Source of the DNA: Bacteroidota bacterium
Lineage (GTDB): Bacteria > Bacteroidota > Bacteroidia > CAMBQF01
Assembly: GCA_027483285.1 (NCBI GenBank)
Contig: JAIXUZ010000080.1
Coordinates: forward strand, 1 to 39,567
Length of the DNA: 39,567 nucleotides
Direction: 5' to 3'
Positions 24,962-33,812 of this stretch are shown here, in pieces. The notes under the pieces were generated by a model. The model was not told the origin of the DNA. It searched no databases and saw only the letters and a list, made by a program, of their open reading frames with translations. The first letter of the stretch is position 1; the number at the start of each line of letters is the position of its first letter. The translations under genes were made by a program, and so were the position numbers.

Positions 24962-27900
24962 ATGCCATTTCGTATTTTTATTACACTTTCATTTCTGTTT
25001 TTAAGCGGCATACTTTTCGCCCAGGAGTGTAATATTATTTATGTAACCCCTAATGGCGCTACCAGTGGTGTAGCCGGTACAAAAACTACACCTGCAAGCC
25101 TTGCATACGCTTTAACCTTAGCCAATGCCCCAACCAATAAAATACATATGGCGGCGGGTACTTATATCATATCGCAACCCCTTAGCCTTGTAAGCAACAC
25201 CACTATTGAAGGGGGCTTTAACAGCAGCTGGGATAAAACCAATAACTCTGCCACAACTATTCTACGCGACAATCAAAATGTGCAGCCAAACCCCTTACGT
25301 TTAATTGGCTTAACGGGTAATAACATTAACAACTTCCGTTTACAGGATTTAACCATAAGGGTACTTACAACTTTTGATAATTCAGTATCAACCTACACCG
25401 TTTACCTAAACGGCTGCTCTGATTACCAATTGGTACGGTGCAAGCTTATAGGCGGCAATGCGGGTAACGGAACCAACGGTACTAATGGTGTTAATGGCAT
25501 AGGTGGTACTGGTGGCGCAGCAGGCTTAAACGGCGATGAAAATGGGACATGCTGCACCAATGGCGGCGCCGGAGGCTCAGGAAGCTTTCCGGGTAGCAAT
25601 GCCGGAGGAACAGGTGGTAATGGCGGACAACGCGGAACCTATGTTTTCCCTACGGGAGGGCAAGCCTACAATGGCAGCCAGGGTACTCCGGGGCAGGGGC
25701 TTAATGCTGGTGGCAACGGTTTTGGCGGTATAGGTATTTTTACTGTTATCCTGTCGCTTAACTGCGACCGGACAGTTTCATCAGACGGAACTGATGGTAT
25801 TGGCGGTATAGATGGATTACCCGGAATAGCGGGTGGTAACGGAACATCATCATTCAGCGGTGGTTTTTTTGTTCCCGGTGACGGATTGCCAGGTAACACA
25901 GGCCTTAATGGTGGCGGTGGCGGTGGTGCCGGCGGTGGTGGGTCGCAAGGTGGCCTTGCACACGATATTTTATTTGGCTTACCTCCTAACACTAACGGAT
26001 CTGGAGCTGGCGGCGGAGGCGGGGGCGAAGGTGGCCAGGGCGGCACAGGAGCATCTGGCGGAACAGGCGGTGGTGGCGCATTTTGCCTTTACCTATACAA
26101 CAACGGTGCTAACGGACTTATAAAAGATTGCCAGTATACTGTAGGTTTTCCTGGCTTTGGTGGCCAAGGCGGCCAGGGCGGCATTGGTGGCACAGGCGGA
26201 ATAGGTGGTGCCGGCGGTGGGCAGTTTAACTGCGATGTTGGTGCCGGTGGCGATGGCGGAGCAGGTGGAAAAGGTGGTAACGGCGGAGCAGGTGGTGCCG
26301 GGGCTGATGGGGTAAGCTATGCTGTTTATGAAGATGGCGGAACACCCATACAACAATATAATATTAACGGCCTGCAGCAACCTATTGTACAGGTTAATTA
26401 CTCAGGCTGCACAGGTGTACCTGTTGAATTTTTTACCACTGCAACAGGCAGTGTAACCTGGTATTTTGGTGCAGGCGCCAGCCCTGCAACAGGCGTTGGC
26501 ACCACTGGCTTATGCCAGTTTAACACCACTGGCCGCAAAACATTTACAATGGTAAACAACGGCGTAGCTTACACCTTTACCGATTATATTGATATTTTTA
26601 ACAACCAGGCTAACCCAATACCATCTATTACCGTGGCCGATGACAGCCTTTGCGAAGGCGAAACAACAACACTGGCCAGCAGCATTGCATCAGACTCATA
26701 CAACTGGTTTGTAACAGGGCCTAACGGATATTTTGATATTGTTACGGGTGCCACTAACCAAACATTACCGGGCTACGTATTCCCCACACCGGGAAACTAC
26801 CGTTTTGTTTTGCAAACAATTAGCAACTGCTGCGGCCCATCATTTGCTGATACAGCTTTTGTGAATGTGGAAGACATATTGCAGCCTGTGGTAAGCATAG
26901 CATCGAGCATAGATACTATTTGCCAAAACGAAATTGTGGTGTTTACTGCCGAAGCTGATAGTGTAGGCGCTAACCCAGGCTACCAATGGTTTGTAAACAG
27001 CACCCCTGTAGGAGCAGATGCTCCGGCATACTCAAGTTCTAATATTGCCAATGGCGATGTAATTACCTGCCAGGTAACATCAAGCCTGGGATGCGGCACA
27101 GGCTTGCAGGCAACATCTAACAATGTATCAGTATATGTTATAGCACCGCCACAGCTTACATGCAATGCCGACTCTTTTATAACCGGGCGTCCTACTTATT
27201 TTGACACAGAGGTTACATCTGGCGGATTAGCCCCGTTTGATTATATATGGGACTTTGGCGATAACGCCAGCGGACAGGGGCCTAACTTATCGCATATTTA
27301 TGCCGAGCCAGGGCCTTACAGTATTACCGTTACGGTTACCGATGCCAACGGCTGCAGCAATACCTGCACGTTTGTTATTTCAGTATCGAGTATTCTGGCT
27401 GCCAACTACGACTTATCTGCTACTGGAGGTTGTCCGCCATTAACGGTTGACTTTACCAATAACAGTACCAATGCGGTAACCTATTTGTGGGATTTTGGCG
27501 ATGGTTCAACCTCTCCGCAGGAAAACCCAACACATACCTACAACTCGCCGGGCACCTACGATGTAACGCTATATGCCTTTGGCGTTAGTGGTAACGTGAG
27601 CACCAGCACGCCTAACCAAATAGCCATATACCCAACTCCAACGGCAAACTTTTTGGCGTTTCCTATTAACGTAGAAAACGGTAGCGACTCTATCCAGTTT
27701 ACCGATAACTCTTTTGATGCTACCACCTGGTTGTGGGATTTTGGCGACCCTGCATCGGGAGCAAACAATACCTCTACCCTACCCGCCCCAATACACTGGT
27801 ACGCAGGCAATGGTACCTACAACGTTACGCTGATTGTAACCAACACTTTTGGCTGTACCGATACAGTTAGCAAAAACAACCTGTTTGGTGTAAACGTGGG

Positions 27901-28186
27901 GCTTAATGAGCAAAACCAGCCGGTAAGCGGCCTACAAGTATACCCTAACCCTACCACAGGTAACCTAAACCTTAGTTTTACGCTAAACGAAAAAGGGCCT
28001 TTGAAAATTGATTTGTATAGCATTGATGGCCGCTTAGCCGCCCCATTATTTAATACTATGCAAAGCAACGCCGGTGAGTATAAACTTAATTACGCATTGC
28101 CCGCCGACCTGCAAACAGGCCTGTATTTGTTACGTATAGTACAAAATGGTAAGTTGGGTATTGCAAAAGTTAGTGTAGTGCGATAA
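24962..28186 (+). CDS. Large secreted protein (paralog 3). Order: beta-helix + polyglycine module, CCG Ig-like domain, Ig-like domain, three PKD domains, T9SS type A sorting domain.
   Basis: Signal peptide MPFRIFITLSFLFLSGILFAQE. PKD cores: YIWDFGDN, YLWDFGDGSTSPQENPTHTY, WLWDFGDP. C-terminus: LQVYPNPTTGNLNLSFTL...GLYLLRIVQNGKLGIAKVSVVR. Confidence 0.9.
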   Translation: MPFRIFITLSFLFLSGILFAQECNIIYVTPNGATSGVAGTKTTPASLAYALTLANAPTNKIHMAAGTYIISQPLSLVSNTTIEGGFNSSWDKTNNSATTILRDNQNVQPNPLRLIGLTGNNINNFRLQDLTIRVLTTFDNSVSTYTVYLNGCSDYQLVRCKLIGGNAGNGTNGTNGVNGIGGTGGAAGLNGDENGTCCTNGGAGGSGSFPGSNAGGTGGNGGQRGTYVFPTGGQAYNGSQGTPGQGLNAGGNGFGGIGIFTVILSLNCDRTVSSDGTDGIGGIDGLPGIAGGNGTSSFSGGFFVPGDGLPGNTGLNGGGGGGAGGGGSQGGLAHDILFGLPPNTNGSGAGGGGGGEGGQGGTGASGGTGGGGAFCLYLYNNGANGLIKDCQYTVGFPGFGGQGGQGGIGGTGGIGGAGGGQFNCDVGAGGDGGAGGKGGNGGAGGAGADGVSYAVYEDGGTPIQQYNINGLQQPIVQVNYSGCTGVPVEFFTTATGSVTWYFGAGASPATGVGTTGLCQFNTTGRKTFTMVNNGVAYTFTDYIDIFNNQANPIPSITVADDSLCEGETTTLASSIASDSYNWFVTGPNGYFDIVTGATNQTLPGYVFPTPGNYRFVLQTISNCCGPSFADTAFVNVEDILQPVVSIASSIDTICQNEIVVFTAEADSVGANPGYQWFVNSTPVGADAPAYSSSNIANGDVITCQVTSSLGCGTGLQATSNNVSVYVIAPPQLTCNADSFITGRPTYFDTEVTSGGLAPFDYIWDFGDNASGQGPNLSHIYAEPGPYSITVTVTDANGCSNTCTFVISVSSILAANYDLSATGGCPPLTVDFTNNSTNAVTYLWDFGDGSTSPQENPTHTYNSPGTYDVTLYAFGVSGNVSTSTPNQIAIYPTPTANFLAFPINVENGSDSIQFTDNSFDATTWLWDFGDPASGANNTSTLPAPIHWYAGNGTYNVTLIVTNTFGCTDTVSKNNLFGVNVGLNEQNQPVSGLQVYPNPTTGNLNLSFTLNEKGPLKIDLYSIDGRLAAPLFNTMQSNAGEYKLNYALPADLQTGLYLLRIVQNGKLGIAKVSVVR
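25450..26310 (+). other. Polyglycine-rich segment of the shared module (paralog 3)
   Basis: Runs from LIGGNAGNGTNGTNGVNGIGG to GGKGGNGGAGGAGADGVSYAVY. Conserved islands: TSSFSGGFFVP and GGGGAFCLYLYNNGANGLIKDCQY. Confidence 0.85.
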
Positions 28187-28234
28187 ACATTATTTAAGGG
28201 CAGGACTTTCTATTTCATACCTTTGGCGGGCTAT

Positions 28235-29074
28235 ATGGCACAAGAAGACGAAGAAAACACAGGTGGACAGGGGGCAGAAATGTCGTTTCTGCAGCATTTA
28301 GAAGTATTACGCTGGCATTTAATACGTGCGGCCGCTGCTGTAGTAATTTTTGCAGTAGCCGCTTTTATATATATGGGCGATATTTTTAAGTACATATTGC
28401 TTGCGCCCAAAAGCTCTGACTTTATTACGTTCAGGCTGATGTGTAAACTATCGCAAAAATACATGGGCAATGACAACCTATGTATGGCCACTACCGACAT
28501 CAACCTAATTAACACCGATATATCGGGCCAGTTTTCTTCGCACCTCTACACATCGCTGGTAGTAGGTATTGTTATTGCTTTCCCTTACATTTTGTTTGAG
28601 TTGTGGCGCTTTATAAGCCCGGCATTGAAGGAGAACGAAGCCAAATCGGCACGCGGCATAATATTCTGGTGTTCTATGCTGTTTTTTAGCGGGATATTAT
28701 TCGGCTACTTTATTGTATCGCCATTGGCAGTTAATTTTTTAGGCAATTACCAGATTACCGACGAGATTAAAAACATGATTGATTTTAACTCGTACATATC
28801 TATTGTAACGGTAACCACCCTGCTAACCGGGTTGGTTTTTGAGTTGCCTATTATATCATACGTTTTATCTAAACTTGGGATACTTACTCCCGGCTTTATG
28901 CGCAAATACCGCCGCCATGCCGTAGTAGTTATACTTATAGCGGCAGCTGTTATTACACCGTCACCCGATGTAGTATCGCAAATGCTCGTAGCTGTTCCGC
29001 TGTATGTGTTGTACGAAATCAGTATCATTGTATCGGCAAGGATAGAAAAACAGCGCGCTAAACAAGCAATTTAA
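28235..29074 (+). CDS. tatC: Twin-arginine translocase subunit TatC
   Basis: MSFLQHLEVLRWHLIR...six TM helices...FISPALKENE...PDVVSQ, which is the TatC pattern. The ATG at 28235 is preferred over the track's TTG at 28223. Confidence 0.9.
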   Translation: MAQEDEENTGGQGAEMSFLQHLEVLRWHLIRAAAAVVIFAVAAFIYMGDIFKYILLAPKSSDFITFRLMCKLSQKYMGNDNLCMATTDINLINTDISGQFSSHLYTSLVVGIVIAFPYILFELWRFISPALKENEAKSARGIIFWCSMLFFSGILFGYFIVSPLAVNFLGNYQITDEIKNMIDFNSYISIVTVTTLLTGLVFELPIISYVLSKLGILTPGFMRKYRRHAVVVILIAAAVITPSPDVVSQMLVAVPLYVLYEISIIVSARIEKQRAKQAI

Positions 29075-29075
29075 T

Positions 29076-29714
29076 ATGCAGGAAGTATGGGAGTTTATTC
29101 AAACCCTGTTAAGCCCCAAATCAATTATTGAATATGGGGGGCTGGTATTGCTTTGCATTGTTGTTTTTGTTGAGAATGGCGTTTTCTTTGGTTTCTTTCT
29201 ACCCGGCGACTCGTTAATACTTACTGCTGGGGTCTTAACATCAACAGGGTTTATAGACCAACCTATTTACATTGTAGAGTTGTGCCTTATTGCATCAGCT
29301 ATACTGGGCTACCTAACAGGCTATTGGTTTGGTTATAGCACCGGGCCTGCATTGTATAAGCGCAAAGACAGTTTATTCTTCAGGAAAAGCTATATAAGAT
29401 CGGCAGAAGATCACTACAAAAAATACGGCGGCAGCACCTTAATAATAGGCCGCTTTTTGCCTGTTATCCGTACGTTTGCGCCAATACTGGCAGGCATTAT
29501 AAAAATGAAACCTGCAACGTTTATGCTTTATAACCTTGTAGGATCGGCGTTGTGGATAGGCTCTTTTTGCACTATAGGCTACATTTTTGGCGATATATTA
29601 TCTGACTATATGGGCTATATAGTTGCCGGGCTTGTTTTTGTTACCGCTATACCCATTGTGCGCACGCTAATAAAGAACAGGGCATCGCAAAAGGCAGAGC
29701 AAGACAAGAAATAA
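29076..29714 (+). CDS. DedA family (SNARE-associated) membrane protein
   Basis: VENGVFFGFFLPGDSLILTAGVL...KYGGSTLIIGRFLPVIRTFAPILAGI, the DedA signature. Confidence 0.88.
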   Translation: MQEVWEFIQTLLSPKSIIEYGGLVLLCIVVFVENGVFFGFFLPGDSLILTAGVLTSTGFIDQPIYIVELCLIASAILGYLTGYWFGYSTGPALYKRKDSLFFRKSYIRSAEDHYKKYGGSTLIIGRFLPVIRTFAPILAGIIKMKPATFMLYNLVGSALWIGSFCTIGYIFGDILSDYMGYIVAGLVFVTAIPIVRTLIKNRASQKAEQDKK

Positions 29715-29738
29715 AAAAGGCCCCTTTCGGAGCCTTTT
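29715..29738. terminator. Bidirectional terminator hairpin between convergent DedA and dehydrogenase genes
   Basis: aaaaggc (29715-29721) pairs with gcctttt (29732-29738). An inner cc/gg extension has one mismatch and a tttc loop. Confidence 0.55.
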
Positions 29739-29761
29739 CATATCTATCAAAAACACGTTTC

Positions 29762-31669
29762 TTAATTCTTTATCCAACGCGCAGCATAGCTTTGTTTGCC
29801 ATTGCTTAGCAATACTGAGTATATGCCACTTGGCAGGGCATTAACATCAATCTGTATAAGGCTTTTGCCATTAACAGGCTGGCTCATTACCAATGCACCT
29901 GTGCTGTTAAACACCTGCGCTGTGGTAACCTTGTTGTTAAGCTTATTGAGGTCGATAAACAAGCTACTATTTGCCGGGTTGGGGTACATGTTAATTTTTG
30001 ATGCTGCAAACTCGCTTACCGAACCTCCAATATCAATAGTAAATGATTCTGTTGTTTGGCAGGTGTTTGTAACAGCGCCATTGCTAACAACAACGCTGTA
30101 GGTTCCAGCTGGCAGATTATTAATGCTATCGTTAGACGATAAGGACTGGTTATTTGCATCAAGCCAGACAATAGATGTTACATTGGCATAATTACTTAAC
30201 CATGCGCTACCGTTTGGCCCACCGCTGGCATTAACAGTATTTAGCGTGTAGGTTGGTTGTGGGTATACGGTAAGGTAGCTGGCGGCCTGTGCCGATGCGG
30301 TGATACAACCATTGCTGGTAACCAATGATAAATCGTGCGGGCCGGTTTCAGTTGGGGTAATATAAGTTGTAGCGGTGGTTGAAGTAATAGTTTCTGTGCT
30401 ATTAGGGCCTGAAAGGGTAAACTCATAGGTAAGGTTAGAAGGGTCTTCATTAGCCATAACCATAAAAGAGTCGCCAAGGCAAACCTCATTAGGCACAATA
30501 CCAATAATAATATTAGCTGATGGGTTGCCCGGAGGATTAGATGGCCCAATTTTATATAACCTGCCATTGGGGGCATAACCGCCGTTTAGGGCATACAAGT
30601 AACCATCGGCACCCTGGTGAAGGGTTGTTAAACCCAACAAATCAAAAGCCTGCAGGCGGCTAACAACTGTTGTAAGGCTATTATCTAATGTACAATTGTA
30701 TATGTAACCATTATCATTATCGCTTACCAATAAATGGTTTTGAAACTCAGGCATAAGGCACGATGTGTAATGTACTATACCAGTAATAGCAGGCAGGGGA
30801 GTTCCCCACGTTTCAATAGGTGCAGTAAAGTTAACATTAGTGCAGGGGTTGGTCGTGCTTCCGTTTAAAAAATCGCCTTCGCAAGAATTCCAACCATAAT
30901 TTTTACCACGGGTAACAATATTCATTTCGTCCCATGTATTTTGGCCATTTTCTGTAGAGTATAACGAATCGTTTATAGTGCTAAAGCAGAAATCGAATGC
31001 GTTGCGGTGGCCATAACTCCAAATACGGTCGTCGTTGCCGGTGGCTGGGTTACCATCATCATAAAAAGGATTATCAGTAGGTATGGTGCCATCTGTATTT
31101 ATACGTAAAAACTTGCCATAGGGGTTGGTAAGCAACTGTGCATTAGCAGGTACAGCAAGCTCGCCAATGGTAACATACAACTTATCTGGCTCTGACGGGC
31201 GGAAACGCAGATTGCCGCCCACGTGGTTGCCAGCTATAGAATAGCCCGGGGTAAGACTCAAAATTATTGTTGGGTTTGTGCCAACATTGTTAACCTCGGT
31301 AAACCTAACCACACGCAATTTTTGTTGTGCGTTTCCACCTGAGTTATTAGGGAAGCGGTGGTTATAGTATGCGTATACATAGTGGTTGGTGGCAAAGTCG
31401 GGGTCTACCTCTATACCCAGCAGGCCACGTTCAAAATCGTTGAAAGTACTATCGGTAAGGCTGTAAAAATTGCCAATAGTAGAGCCATCAGCATTAAATA
31501 TTCTAATAGTACCTGCTTTTAGGGTAACCAATATGCGCCCATCGGGCGTAAAGGCAAAAGCTACAGGGTTTGATAAACCAGAGATGTGGTTTGTAGTAGT
31601 GTACTGGGCCTTTAGATTGGCTGCAAAAGCAACTAAAGAAAAGGCTGCAATAAGTAAAAACTTCTTCAT
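29762..31669 (-). CDS. PQQ-dependent sugar (glucose/sorbosone) dehydrogenase-like beta-propeller fused to Ig-like domains and a T9SS type A sorting domain
   Basis: Signal peptide. GLLGIEVDPDFATNHYVYAYY, GGNLRF, IWSYGHRNAFDF, GKNYGWN are typical of the soluble PQQ dehydrogenase family. C-terminus: INMYPNPANSSLFIDL...GIYSVLLSNGKQSYAARWIKN. Confidence 0.8.
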   Translation of the reverse strand: MKKFLLIAAFSLVAFAANLKAQYTTTNHISGLSNPVAFAFTPDGRILVTLKAGTIRIFNADGSTIGNFYSLTDSTFNDFERGLLGIEVDPDFATNHYVYAYYNHRFPNNSGGNAQQKLRVVRFTEVNNVGTNPTIILSLTPGYSIAGNHVGGNLRFRPSEPDKLYVTIGELAVPANAQLLTNPYGKFLRINTDGTIPTDNPFYDDGNPATGNDDRIWSYGHRNAFDFCFSTINDSLYSTENGQNTWDEMNIVTRGKNYGWNSCEGDFLNGSTTNPCTNVNFTAPIETWGTPLPAITGIVHYTSCLMPEFQNHLLVSDNDNGYIYNCTLDNSLTTVVSRLQAFDLLGLTTLHQGADGYLYALNGGYAPNGRLYKIGPSNPPGNPSANIIIGIVPNEVCLGDSFMVMANEDPSNLTYEFTLSGPNSTETITSTTATTYITPTETGPHDLSLVTSNGCITASAQAASYLTVYPQPTYTLNTVNASGGPNGSAWLSNYANVTSIVWLDANNQSLSSNDSINNLPAGTYSVVVSNGAVTNTCQTTESFTIDIGGSVSEFAASKINMYPNPANSSLFIDLNKLNNKVTTAQVFNSTGALVMSQPVNGKSLIQIDVNALPSGIYSVLLSNGKQSYAARWIKN

Positions 31670-31700
31670 TTTATGTGTATTTGTAATGTAAATATAGTAA

Positions 31701-32147
31701 CTAAAAGGTTGCGTGTGTTCCTGAATAATCTATTTGCATAGCCCCTACCTGTTTAAGCTGGGCTTTAACGTCTTTTACCATTTTCATGCGGGCATCTTTA
31801 TGTATTTTTAGCGATACAATAAACTTGTCCTGTTTGGCCTGTGTAAGCTTGCTTTTTACAGCTGTAACTGCCACACCCACTTTATTCAGCTCAACAAAAT
31901 CTTCATTAACCTGCACCAACATGCCCGCTGCACCGCTGCGCGACTGGCCAATATAAACAAAGCAAACCCCTTCAGCATCGGTACGTTTTTCTACCGTTTG
32001 GGCAGTGGGCAACTTTACGTTGAGCTTAGCGGTATGGCGGCGTATGGTAGATGTCATCATAAAGAAAAACAGGAGCATGAAAATAATATCGGGCAGCGCG
32101 GCTGTCGATACGGTGGGCATTTCACGGGCTCTTTTCTTTCTAAACAT
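31701..32147 (-). CDS. exbD: ExbD/TolR family biopolymer transport protein
   Basis: N-terminal basic stretch then the TM helix LPDIIFMLLFFFMMTST, followed by a periplasmic domain. Sits in an exbB-exbD-exbD arrangement. Confidence 0.85.
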   Translation of the reverse strand: MFRKKRAREMPTVSTAALPDIIFMLLFFFMMTSTIRRHTAKLNVKLPTAQTVEKRTDAEGVCFVYIGQSRSGAAGMLVQVNEDFVELNKVGVAVTAVKSKLTQAKQDKFIVSLKIHKDARMKMVKDVKAQLKQVGAMQIDYSGTHATF

Positions 32148-32149
32148 AA

Positions 32150-32695
32150 TTATTCGTTTATGTTTACAGGTACACTCTCATCAATAGCTTTGCGGCGGTA
32201 TTCATCAAGCTTGCCATAACTAAGGCCAAACACCTTTTGCGCTTTTTGGTCTTTAAGCTCTAAAAATGTTTTGTTAATCATATCATTCAACCTGTAGTAG
32301 GCTGAATAAGAAGTATTATCATCCGTTTTAATGCTTACTACGCCAGCCGATATGGGAACTTCTCCCAACAGCTTAACTGTTTTAATTACCTTTTCAGAAA
32401 GTGCTTTGTCGTTAGCCGGGTTTAGGATAAACTCTTTTATGCGGGTATTGACTTTATCAAACGTAGCGGGCTTGCCGTTTATGCTTAGCTCATCAACATT
32501 GTTAAGGGAAAGCGTTAGTACATTGCGCTCGGCTACGGCGCTGTTATCAGTACTAATGGCGGGCAAATCACGGCGCATGGAGTAGTTACGGTCCATGGTA
32601 GAGGTAAGCAGGAAAAATATGAGCAATAGGAAAGCAATGTCGGCAATGGAGCCTGCATTAATTTCGTGCCTAATAGACCTGCGTGCGCGTAGCAT
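32150..32695 (-). CDS. exbD: ExbD/TolR family biopolymer transport protein (longer paralog)
   Basis: HEINAGSIADIAFLLLIFFLLTSTM is the typical ExbD N-terminus. A 2-nt gap separates it from the next exbD. Confidence 0.85.
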   Translation of the reverse strand: MLRARRSIRHEINAGSIADIAFLLLIFFLLTSTMDRNYSMRRDLPAISTDNSAVAERNVLTLSLNNVDELSINGKPATFDKVNTRIKEFILNPANDKALSEKVIKTVKLLGEVPISAGVVSIKTDDNTSYSAYYRLNDMINKTFLELKDQKAQKVFGLSYGKLDEYRRKAIDESVPVNINE

Positions 32696-32697
32696 AC

Positions 32698-33051
32698 TTA
32701 CTTTTTAAAAGCGCGTTTAACCTCGAAAAAAGCGATGGAAACAAAGGCTGTAGCCATAAGGATATAAACAGTAATCAGTCCGCCGCCTATTAAGCCTGAA
32801 TCGCGAGAGCCGATGCCCTTGTCAATATCTGACATTTTAAAATCGCGGGGAGCAATAAGCCATGCCAATAGGAAAATGCCTAAGAGTATACCCGCACCCA
32901 TTAGCGACTTTAGGTTTGCCTTGCGGTTTACCATTACCTGCATAACAGAAAAGAAGACTACCAGGCCTATAGCCAAGCCTAGCAAGGCCATAACCAGCCC
33001 TACACCGTAATTGGCAACAAACAATTCCCAGCCTCCGCCATCTTCAGCCAT
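32698..33051 (-). CDS. Hypothetical small membrane protein (about 3 TM) between exbB and exbD
   Basis: Hydrophobic segments: VGLVMALLGLAIGLVVFFSVM, GAGILLGIFLLAWLIA, LITVYILMATAFVSIAFF. 2-nt gaps to both neighbours. Confidence 0.6.
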   Translation of the reverse strand: MAEDGGGWELFVANYGVGLVMALLGLAIGLVVFFSVMQVMVNRKANLKSLMGAGILLGIFLLAWLIAPRDFKMSDIDKGIGSRDSGLIGGGLITVYILMATAFVSIAFFEVKRAFKK

Positions 33052-33053
33052 TG

Positions 33054-33812
33054 TTATATTTTTTTGTCGTTATAGTAGCCGCTTTTCAGCATCATATCTA
33101 CAAAATCAATAGCGCCCTCTTCCATATCGTACACTATATTATCAATTTTAGATACGATATAGTTGTAGAATATTTGCAGGATGATTGCCACAATAAGGCC
33201 ACCAATGGTGGTAATAAGTTTCACCTTCATACCGCCTGCAACCACAGAAACAGCAATATCGCCTGCTACCTCAATTTCTTCAAACACCATAAAAATACCT
33301 ACTACAGTGCCAAAAAAGCCAAATATGGGGGCCAGGGAAATAAATAGCGATACCCATGTTAAGCCACGTTCCAACAAACTCATTTGTGCGTTGCCGGCAG
33401 AGAGGATTGATTTCTCCATAACATCGAGCCCGTAAGGAGCACGGTTAAGCCCCTGTAGCAGCATAGTAGCCACGGGGCCACGGGTGTTGCGGCAGGTTTC
33501 CATAGCTGCATCAATATTACCGGCAACAATATCAGGTTCTATCTGGCGCAATAGTTTTTGGCTGTTAATATGGGCACGGTTCAGATAGATAATACGCTCT
33601 ATACTAATAGTAAGGCCCAGTATAAGCGTTATTAAAATAGGCAGCATATAGGGTACTCGGCCATCAATAAAACGCTGCTTTAGTTTTTGGTGCATACCGG
33701 GGTTGTCAACCTCCTGTTCGGTATCAACATCTTTAGCCACGGGGGCAGGCGCTGTTTGTGCGTATATGCCTATTGAAATTAATAAGCCGAAGATAATCAG
33801 TATAGTCCTCAT
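33054..33812 (-). CDS. exbB: MotA/TolQ/ExbB proton-channel family protein
   Basis: LERGLTWVSLFISLAPIFGFFGTVVGIFMVFEEI...GGMKVKLITTIGGLIVAI, the ExbB/TolQ core. Confidence 0.88.
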   Translation of the reverse strand: MRTILIIFGLLISIGIYAQTAPAPVAKDVDTEQEVDNPGMHQKLKQRFIDGRVPYMLPILITLILGLTISIERIIYLNRAHINSQKLLRQIEPDIVAGNIDAAMETCRNTRGPVATMLLQGLNRAPYGLDVMEKSILSAGNAQMSLLERGLTWVSLFISLAPIFGFFGTVVGIFMVFEEIEVAGDIAVSVVAGGMKVKLITTIGGLIVAIILQIFYNYIVSKIDNIVYDMEEGAIDFVDMMLKSGYYNDKKI

